24,588 nt of DNA from Candidatus Thorarchaeota archaeon (GTDB lineage Archaea > Asgardarchaeota > Thorarchaeia > Thorarchaeales > Thorarchaeaceae). The notes beneath the pieces are model-generated. The model had not been told where the DNA came from and searched no databases. It saw only the letters and a program-made list of their open reading frames with translations. The stretch is from the NCBI GenBank assembly GCA_048884785.1, contig JBHLQM010000026.1, positions 15,169-39,756 on the forward strand. The letters are read 5' to 3'. Positions 1 through 7,156 of the stretch are shown piece after piece (within the stretch, counting starts at the first letter, position 1; each line of letters starts with the position of its first letter). A program made the position numbers and the translations under genes.

Positions 1-103
1 TTTTTAGTACAAGACTCGGATTAAGAGTGACTGCCGATGGCACTTCATTACACCATTGCGTAGAAACCGAGCATTAAGTAATATCTAACTACAAAAAGGA
101 AAC

Positions 104-1039
104 ATGTCACCTGTTGAAAGAAAGAAGAAACGAGAGCGTTTAATATTCGCTTCAATTATGCGTCCGGAGCAAGGGGGTGTAAATGATCTCCTACTTGCAG
201 AGAGCATTCGAGCCTATGCAGGTTCACTCTCACATGCCCCAATTTGGTATTTCGTTCCAGAAACCGGAAGGCAGCTCTTGCCTTCACTGAAGAACCGGCT
301 TCAACAACTAGGTGTGACAACAATTCCCTTTCAAATAAACGGTGACGTTCTAGAGTTCCCCTTTGTGGGACAAGTCTTTGCTCAGGCATTGGCCGAAATA
401 ACTGCATCAGGTCAAACAGATATTATTGCATGGCTAAACACAAACACAGTTGTACTAAAGGAACCAAAAGAGTTCATCCTGCATGGCAATAAGAATCTCG
501 GTTACAGGCCTGTTCATCATGCTCTCATAGGCTCTCGTTATGATGAGCCGCTTGATTCATTCTGGTCCCTGATTTATGAGCTATGCGAAGTCCCCGAAGG
601 GAATGTGTTTCCCATGACAGGGCATATTGATGGTGTCAGGATACGTCCATACTTCAATGCCGGTATTATCATCACCCGACCCGAAAAGCGACTCTTTCGT
701 ACATATCGTGATGTGTTTCTAAAAATATACCAGAAACCCATTATCAAGGACTTCTATCAAAGGAATGAGCTGTATGCGGTTTTCATTCATCAAGCAGTGC
801 TAGCAGGTGTCATTTTGTCTTCAATGCAGATTGAGGAACTGCAAGAACTGTCGGGCACCTATAATTATCCACTTCACTTGCTTGAAGAGGATGTCACAGA
901 GCATCGTCCCCAGAGCTTGGAAGAAATGGTGACATTTCGTCATGAGGGATTTCATCGCGATCCAGATTGGTTCAAGAGAATGCCTGCAGATATCACATTA
1001 AGGAATTGGATTGCGGGCGTAATCCAATCAATTTCATAG
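104..1039 (+). CDS. Hypothetical protein, possibly glycosyltransferase (GT-A/GT8)-like
   Basis: 311-aa ORF with a purine-rich AAAGGAAA just upstream. 'LAESIRAYAG', 'IIAWLNTNTVVL', 'IRPYFNAG', 'HQAVLA' and 'TYNYPLH' resemble the GT8-like layout, but NTN sits where DxD would be. Confidence 0.45.
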   Translation: MSPVERKKKRERLIFASIMRPEQGGVNDLLLAESIRAYAGSLSHAPIWYFVPETGRQLLPSLKNRLQQLGVTTIPFQINGDVLEFPFVGQVFAQALAEITASGQTDIIAWLNTNTVVLKEPKEFILHGNKNLGYRPVHHALIGSRYDEPLDSFWSLIYELCEVPEGNVFPMTGHIDGVRIRPYFNAGIIITRPEKRLFRTYRDVFLKIYQKPIIKDFYQRNELYAVFIHQAVLAGVILSSMQIEELQELSGTYNYPLHLLEEDVTEHRPQSLEEMVTFRHEGFHRDPDWFKRMPADITLRNWIAGVIQSIS

Positions 1040-1187
1040 CAGAAGTTGAATGATTGGCAGAAGATACTAATCAGGCATGATGTTGTTGTCATGGCAATAA
1101 GGAGTGGAGTAATGGTCATCTCGATTGTTGTAGTAGGCATTGTACAAGGAAGAGATATGCATCATAAAGATACAGGAGAGTCTCCAC

Positions 1188-1679
1188 CTATTCTTTTGAA
1201 TAGTAATGGTCGCAACAATCATCGCCTTGCATCAAGGTCTTCGTACGTCGAAATGCTATTCTTGGATTGATAGCTCTCACAATGAAGGGGTCCTCATCAC
1301 ACTGAAAGAGGAGACCATACTCGACCTCTCCAATTGAACGGTATGCATCGGCAATGGGGCATTTAGTGCAATGAATCTGGATGCCTATCTCGGTCCTCTC
1401 AATAGTGAATTCACCCTCTTCCCATCCTTCCCACATGTTCTTTACAATGTCCTCTGCAGTTGAGATTCCCTTTTCTTGCGCCCAGTTGCTTGCAGTCCTA
1501 CAGACATTCTCAGCTAGAATATCTTTGACAAGTTCATTAAACTCAGGCCCATAATCACGTTTCCAGTCATTCAGAAATTTTTTCAATTGTTCGGGATTGC
1601 TACCATTCCGTCGGATTTCGGCGATTCTCTTCCAGATTTCATCACGTTCAATATCTGAAGCTTTGTGGAGTTTCGTCAT
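1188..1679 (-). CDS. L-2-amino-thiazoline-4-carboxylic acid hydrolase (ATC_hydrolase)-family protein
   Basis: Motifs CTKCP..AY, 'C.ED', 'NP.IAFRRTKTLMQGDDCCD' are typical of this family. GGTG SD-like sequence upstream. Confidence 0.8.
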   Translation of the reverse strand: MTKLHKASDIERDEIWKRIAEIRRNGSNPEQLKKFLNDWKRDYGPEFNELVKDILAENVCRTASNWAQEKGISTAEDIVKNMWEGWEEGEFTIERTEIGIQIHCTKCPIADAYRSIGEVEYGLLFQCDEDPFIVRAINPRIAFRRTKTLMQGDDCCDHYYSKE

Positions 1680-1836
1680 TCACCCAACCTTGTTTTTTGA
1701 AACATATTCTTCTGATAATTGATTGCTTCTATGCCAGGATTCTATTTTGTTTTGTTGAACCACTTTATTGATTTCTCATGCCTTCTGTTGTATTTTGCTA
1801 ATATTCGTCCAATTTCATAGTTGAGCCCTTGAGAAG

Positions 1837-2295
1837 TCATGTTCTGTAAAACCGGCGTGAACTTTGAGTAAGCAGTGCGATGATTTCGGCTACTGAAAAA
1901 ATACCAATGGCAATCAATAGAGTCCCTATGCCATTAATTAGTACTGAGAAAACACCAATGACAATTAGTATGTAGAAGGGTAGTAGAAGATTGATTATAC
2001 TCATTATAAGCCCATATCTCCAGCCATTCAAATTCCTTCTCCATACCTGCCTCGTCATGAATAGATCTATGATCCCCATGAAGAAAAAGACTGAGGTAGG
2101 AATTACTGCCATGATGTCAATATATGGCATGATATCGATACTTGGCGTACTCCTAATGATTCCAGTCTCAATAAAAAACGTCCAATTAAAAGCAATAAGT
2201 AGCATCCCTCTGTTTCCCTGAAGCAATGTGCTCAGTACAACGCCATCTGGTCTTTTCTTGTTAGTTTCCGTTATGATTTTAGGGATACTCATCAA
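1837..2295 (-). CDS. Small membrane protein (about 4 hydrophobic segments), function unknown
   Basis: 152-aa ORF with hydrophobic stretches, 'KKRPDGV' near the N-terminus and 'RRFY' at the C-terminus. GGTGG upstream. Confidence 0.65.
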   Translation of the reverse strand: MMSIPKIITETNKKRPDGVVLSTLLQGNRGMLLIAFNWTFFIETGIIRSTPSIDIMPYIDIMAVIPTSVFFFMGIIDLFMTRQVWRRNLNGWRYGLIMSIINLLLPFYILIVIGVFSVLINGIGTLLIAIGIFSVAEIIALLTQSSRRFYRT

Positions 2296-2424
2296 CCACC
2301 AGTATTCTCCTAGTAACGCATTGGCTGACTAATTTTTCGGTTTGTGAGAATCAAGGATGAGGGAGGAATATATTCTTCCTTCAAGAGTATGGTCTTATTT
2401 GGGTTCACCATGAAGGAAAAGATG

Positions 2425-2560
2425 TGGTGGGCCCGACGCGAATTTCAGATAGTATGGAAATCATATCATCTTTTGAACGCGCGACATCCGCCTTATCAGA
2501 GCGGCGCAATAACTGACCGAAATCTCTAACGAGAGTTTCTCCAGTCTATGCCACGGGCCC
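2425..2560 (-). tRNA. tRNA-Ile(GAU) with two non-canonical BHB introns (28 nt at 19/20, coordinates 2513-2540; 30 nt at 59/60, coordinates 2442-2471); CCA encoded
   Basis: The reverse complement folds as acceptor GGGCCCG/CGGGCCC-A-CCA, anticodon arm CCGCT-CTGATAA-GGCGG (GAT at 2495-2497) and T-arm GCGCG/CGCGT. Each insertion is bounded by a strict bulge-helix-bulge. Removing them restores D-loop AGACTGGTTA and T-loop TTCAAAT. Confidence 0.93.
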
Positions 2561-2594
2561 TTGACGTTTGAGGAATCGCTGTGTTCGTGATACT

Positions 2595-2602
2595 GATAAA
2601 AA
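2595..2602 (-). promoter_or_regulatory. Putative TATA box of tRNA-Ile
   Basis: TTTTTATC on the minus strand about 35 nt upstream of the mature 5' end. Confidence 0.5.
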
Positions 2603-2697
2603 GGTTGTGACAAATACAGTTGACCAAAGAAAGCTGTGTGTTTGCTACGTGCACCAGATTCATTCCATTTATTACCTGATAGGTGTGCCCCTAGAGT

Positions 2698-3243
2698 ATG
2701 AAAGCCTTGGTCACATACTTCTCTCAGACTGGAAATACAAAATTGGTGGCAGAAACGATGAAGGAGATTCTATCGACCCGACTTGAGGTAGACTTTCATA
2801 CAATAAGAGCAGTCGACATGGATGCACTCAACAATTATGATCTGCTTGTTGTGGGTGCCCCCTGTCATGATAGTGATTTAGCTCAGCCAGCAAAAGGCTT
2901 CTTGGATAAACTGCCGGAATCTCCACGATTCAAATTAGTTGGATTCTTTACCCACGCGACTACTATGCCTGTTAACGAAAGGAATAGACAGTACTACGAT
3001 AAATGGGCAGGCAGGTGTCTTTCCTCTTTCGAGAGCGCGTGTAAAGATAGGAATATCGAATTCTTGGGGGCATTTCACTGCCAAGGCAAAGCAAGTGAGC
3101 CCATTGAACAATTCATCCATCGAGAGATAATCACTGATGAAGATGAGTGGACCGCGTATTTATCGAATCTTAGAACACACCCGACTTCCGCTGATATTGA
3201 GAATGCTAAGAAATATGCAAAGGAGATACTATCGAAACTATAG
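2698..3243 (+). CDS. Flavodoxin-family protein
   Basis: N-terminal FMN phosphate loop 'YFSQTGNT', 'YDLLVVGAP', 'FFTHA', 'LGAFHCQG'. Confidence 0.88.
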   Translation: MKALVTYFSQTGNTKLVAETMKEILSTRLEVDFHTIRAVDMDALNNYDLLVVGAPCHDSDLAQPAKGFLDKLPESPRFKLVGFFTHATTMPVNERNRQYYDKWAGRCLSSFESACKDRNIEFLGAFHCQGKASEPIEQFIHREIITDEDEWTAYLSNLRTHPTSADIENAKKYAKEILSKL

Positions 3244-3287
3244 AGTATGATCCGATTCAGACTGAGTCTACAAAGTGATATCTTCTG

Positions 3288-3320
3288 AAAATAAGAAAAA
3301 GGAGAGAGTGACTCTCTCCT
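3288..3320 (-). terminator. Hairpin plus U-tract terminator between convergent genes
   Basis: Perfect 9-bp stem AGGAGAGAG-TGA-CTCTCTCCT (3300-3320), followed on the minus strand by TTTTCTTATTTT. Confidence 0.6.
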
Positions 3321-3336
3321 GTGGTACAAAATATTA

Positions 3337-4155
3337 CTACTTGTTCTTCTCGACTATCTTTTGCATACCATAGATGAACAGTATGATCAGGAGAATTGCT
3401 CCAAGATTTGATGAGCCGACAGCCCACATATTGCCGAAGAAGCCAATGGATGTCGTGAATGTTACGGCGCCCCAATGGTAGACTCCTGGATAATATGTGA
3501 CGTTGAATACAATTCCAAGGAGAAACACCAAAACCATCAGGATATAGAAGATATTTGCCAGGTCTTTGAAGTAGCCTCCAACCTTCTCGCCCATAAATCC
3601 TGCCAACAGCTTCAGAAGCCCATACATGAAGATTATGACTCCAAATGCAATAAACAAGCCTCCTCCTAAGAAGATGAATTGCGGCATTGCATGATTGAAG
3701 CTTGTGTTACCAATGAAGTCATCTAAGACCCAGTTGGCATCGAATCCTACGGCAAGAATAATGAACAGACCTCTTAGGATGTGAAGAAGATTCTTGATCA
3801 TATCCCAGTTGTTTGCCATCATCTTTTCAAGGATTGGTCCCAAGAAGAAGAAGAGACCCACCAAGAAGATCATAACTCCTGATAACTGATACGCGGGCTG
3901 CATCATCAAGATTACTGAGTTCAGAATAATCGAGATACCCAGTACATACCAAGCCATATTCTCTTTTCCAATTGCATAGTACAATGGGAATAACAGACCA
4001 AGGACCAGTGTGAAGTAATAGAGCCACAGGGTTGCCGCTGCGGCGGTATTAATGAAAGATAGATATGTCCATGGCATGTAGACCAAATAGAATAGCACTA
4101 ACGCAACTGCTGAGAGGTAGAGTACGAGGTTTTTGAATCCTATTTCCTCTGACAT
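3337..4155 (-). CDS. Multi-pass membrane protein (about 8 TM), function unknown
   Basis: Long hydrophobic ORF. ATG at 4155 is preceded by GGAAGTG; the ORF track starts at GTG 4161. Confidence 0.75.
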   Translation of the reverse strand: MSEEIGFKNLVLYLSAVALVLFYLVYMPWTYLSFINTAAAATLWLYYFTLVLGLLFPLYYAIGKENMAWYVLGISIILNSVILMMQPAYQLSGVMIFLVGLFFFLGPILEKMMANNWDMIKNLLHILRGLFIILAVGFDANWVLDDFIGNTSFNHAMPQFIFLGGGLFIAFGVIIFMYGLLKLLAGFMGEKVGGYFKDLANIFYILMVLVFLLGIVFNVTYYPGVYHWGAVTFTTSIGFFGNMWAVGSSNLGAILLIILFIYGMQKIVEKNK

Positions 4156-4317
4156 GTGCACACTTCCTTGGCGCGGCTATGCGCCAATTCTGTAACCCTT
4201 GACGTATGTTAACTACCATATAAAATTAGTGCAGCGCCGAAGAGATAATCGACAGTAGGCGATTCATATATGAGGCAGGCCCAAGGAAGGAAACCTAGTC
4301 TTAACCAGTAGTCAGGG

Positions 4318-5958
4318 ATGAATATGATACGTGATTCTTGGGCAGGATTGATTAGCGAAACATGGTCCAGAATCGCGTCGAAAGTATCAGACAGTTTTGG
4401 GTTGGGCCCTTTGCGCCGCCCCAATGATTTGAGGCCCTCTGCGGATACTAAAACAGGATATTTCGGAGGGTGGATAGACGAAGACATTTTGTATTTGACA
4501 AATGAATGCTTGAGAGGGGCAATTCCACACATAGGGGTTCTAGCAAGAGAATATATGCGGATGGCCCTATCAAAACAAGACTTTGAGGAAACAGTCCTTG
4601 AAGATTTTTCACTAGCGTATGGCGCGTTTTGGCTTCCTTCAAAGAAAATGGACAACTGGTATACTGAATGGAAAAAGTACTGCCCCTACAAAGGCGATGA
4701 ACTTGGTGGAGTCTTTTTTCCACACTCAGCATTCCAGCTCTTCCAGACATTTTCTGGATCTGATTACTATGGCAAATTGCTGACAGAATACCTGCTAATG
4801 AAAAAAATGGGGTTGGTCCTTTCCGAAAGCGAGTACATACTGCACATGCTAGAGAGAATACGAAGATTTTCAGTAAAACTCAACTTAACTGATTTTGGAC
4901 TTATTCGAAGGCTCATAGAAGTACCTAAGAGTTCCCGCATCGACCTGAGTACGGATACTGGGACTTCTGTCCACTGGGTATCGAGACGACTTGCTTCTCT
5001 TCAGGAGTATGGAATTCTTGAGAAACATCGTGAGATCTTCTATCCAGGACTCGGATTCAAACAGTATCTTCTGTTTCTGAAATGCCCAGAACGTAGAGAT
5101 CCATTAGACTATGTTGTTGACTCTCCTTTCCTATATTCGGCTTCTCGAATCATCTCTGGGAACCAGGATATGGTGGCAACGCTCTTGATACCCGATAATT
5201 CCATGAATGTCAATAGTTTATCAAAATACAGCAGAATCATGAGAAGTCTTGATGTAGAAACCAGTTTCTATGAGGTGCTTTCAACTGGTTCAACACATTG
5301 CTTTGATCATTATTCGACATCTAGAAATGAATGGGAAATTCCGTGGGAACTCTTCGGACCACATCTACGAAGAATCTACGATGAAAGCTTGGGAAACCTC
5401 ATTATACCAGCAACAAAGAGATGTGAGAAGGCTAAACTACGACTTGAAGATGTAGATTTCAGAGTTCTAATCGAATTTCAAAAGGGAGATCCGTTGCGAA
5501 CGATTCGCAGGAAGCTGGGAATCAAATATCAGAAACTAGTGAGCCGCCTTGGCAAATTAAAGGCACTGGGACTTGTCGAAGAAAAATACAGATTGCATCA
5601 CGTTGGATTAAATGAATCTCTTCTACTACATCTGCCCGACTTTGACTTTGGTGAATCAATCACCGCGTGGGCTCAACGACTTCCCTTCGTGAGATATCTA
5701 CTTCATTTGAACGGAGAGATGAGCCTAATCCTGAGCCTCCCAGACGGTGGACTGCAGGGAATGGCTACGGCTCTTCAAAATCTGTCAAAAGGACTAAAAC
5801 CTATGTTGCTCGATTCGTATGAACTGCCAGGGATATGGTATACCGCTCAAAGCTCATGGTATGAGAAGGTGAAGGACCTCTGGGATACCAAGATGCAGAC
5901 ATGGGGCACACCGCAGGACGATATCTCGATGTGGTTCGAGGGTTTATCAGGCACCTAA
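4318..5958 (+). CDS. Large protein with two winged-HTH (Lrp/AsnC/MarR-like) modules and an uncharacterised N-terminal domain
   Basis: 'LNLTDFGLIRRL...DLSTDTGTSVHWVSRRLASLQEYGIL...YPGLGF' and 'LEDVDFRVL...TIRRKLGIKYQKLVSRLGKLKALGLV...HHVGL', each followed by a beta/alpha RAM-like segment. Confidence 0.65.
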   Translation: MNMIRDSWAGLISETWSRIASKVSDSFGLGPLRRPNDLRPSADTKTGYFGGWIDEDILYLTNECLRGAIPHIGVLAREYMRMALSKQDFEETVLEDFSLAYGAFWLPSKKMDNWYTEWKKYCPYKGDELGGVFFPHSAFQLFQTFSGSDYYGKLLTEYLLMKKMGLVLSESEYILHMLERIRRFSVKLNLTDFGLIRRLIEVPKSSRIDLSTDTGTSVHWVSRRLASLQEYGILEKHREIFYPGLGFKQYLLFLKCPERRDPLDYVVDSPFLYSASRIISGNQDMVATLLIPDNSMNVNSLSKYSRIMRSLDVETSFYEVLSTGSTHCFDHYSTSRNEWEIPWELFGPHLRRIYDESLGNLIIPATKRCEKAKLRLEDVDFRVLIEFQKGDPLRTIRRKLGIKYQKLVSRLGKLKALGLVEEKYRLHHVGLNESLLLHLPDFDFGESITAWAQRLPFVRYLLHLNGEMSLILSLPDGGLQGMATALQNLSKGLKPMLLDSYELPGIWYTAQSSWYEKVKDLWDTKMQTWGTPQDDISMWFEGLSGT

Positions 5959-6213
5959 TAATGCAGTTAACAAGATTGTAGCAAAATAGAAAGAAAAATA
6001 CATTCTTGTTATCCATATTTAGAGTGTGCAGTAGAGCCTACTAGAAAGGTGATGAGAAATGACTCAATGCTGCGTTCTAAGACATCTCTGCGTATGAAAA
6101 AAGTGGAGCCATTGTATTATATACTGTCTGTGACTTGATATATACATCCGCACACTTCCGTGTCACCACACACCATCGTGGTGGCGGGGGGAGACCTTAC
6201 CCTCCCCTCGTGT

Positions 6214-7107
6214 TCACACTAGGGCTTCAGGCACGACCTCCTTTATCTTCTTGAGAGAGGCTATAACGCCACTTTCTCCAAGTTCGAAGATTAGGGGCCC
6301 ATTGAACTTGTCTTTGACGAGCTTCATGAGGAACTCTCGGATAGGCATATCACCTATTCCAAGTGGTTTGTGATCAAAATAGCCTCTCTCTCCCGGCTTT
6401 GAGAGTCTTCCATCATGCAGATGCAATTCTACAATCTTGTCGCGATGTTTCCTGTAAAACTCAAGCACTGTTTCATTTCCTGATTGACCTGACAGCAAGT
6501 GACCGGTATCAAAGCAAATTCCGGTTCCGTATTCATCTACTAGATTTCGAGTAATATCAAAGGGAAACTCCAGGTTCTCAATTCCAATCTTGCTAGGATC
6601 CACCTCTGAACCGGTAATTATCTCTTCAACACTCTTGGCTGAGAATAGTCCTGACATCAGGGTGCCTATCATGTGCACAATATGGTCTGGATATTTCAGC
6701 TGAGTGAACTCGGTTGCGAGTGGACCAGTACAATGCAAAACATAGACCTCTGGTTCAAGAGGCTCCACCATCTTGATTGCATCCACCATACATTCCACGC
6801 TGGCTCTCCTTACATACTCGTTGAAGGTGGCGAGTTCAATTGACCATAATGGGAGGTGTACTGTATATGATATTCCCAGTTCATCTCGCAATCCATTCAG
6901 GTCATCAATTTTCTCAGCTGTGAGGACATTTTGAAAGATGCTGTTTATGTCCATAGTGAGTTCCAGCACAGAGATGTGCTCAATCTGTGCACCTCGTTTC
7001 AGGATTTCTAAAATATTGAAATGCGATAAATCCGGAGCACCACCGGAGAATATCTGTTCGACTATCGGTTGAAACTGCAGAGGAGTTAATCCAAATCTCA
7101 TATTCAT
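6214..7107 (-). CDS. AP-endonuclease-2/xylose-isomerase-like TIM-barrel protein (possibly CbiR-like phosphodiesterase)
   Basis: Metal-ligand motifs TVHLP, VLH, IENL, CFDTGH, LHLHD, DH.PLG.G, IFE. Confidence 0.75.
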   Translation of the reverse strand: MNMRFGLTPLQFQPIVEQIFSGGAPDLSHFNILEILKRGAQIEHISVLELTMDINSIFQNVLTAEKIDDLNGLRDELGISYTVHLPLWSIELATFNEYVRRASVECMVDAIKMVEPLEPEVYVLHCTGPLATEFTQLKYPDHIVHMIGTLMSGLFSAKSVEEIITGSEVDPSKIGIENLEFPFDITRNLVDEYGTGICFDTGHLLSGQSGNETVLEFYRKHRDKIVELHLHDGRLSKPGERGYFDHKPLGIGDMPIREFLMKLVKDKFNGPLIFELGESGVIASLKKIKEVVPEALV

Positions 7108-7125
7108 AAGCCTCGGTTAGGAGTT

Positions 7126-7145
7126 TGGGGAGGTCAACCTCCCCA
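7126..7145. other. GC-rich intergenic hairpin between hppA and the TIM-barrel gene
   Basis: Perfect 8-bp stem TGGGGAGG-TCAA-CCTCCCCA with no U-tract. Confidence 0.5.
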
Positions 7146-7156
7146 TATCTCTATCT

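Noticed and set aside
1046-1270. 74-aa plus-strand ORF
   Set aside because: It overlaps the convergent ATC-hydrolase-family gene, starts with TTG and has no recognisable motif, so it cannot be supported.
2344-2529. 61-aa plus-strand ORF
   Set aside because: It is antisense to the tRNA-Ile gene and has no protein features.
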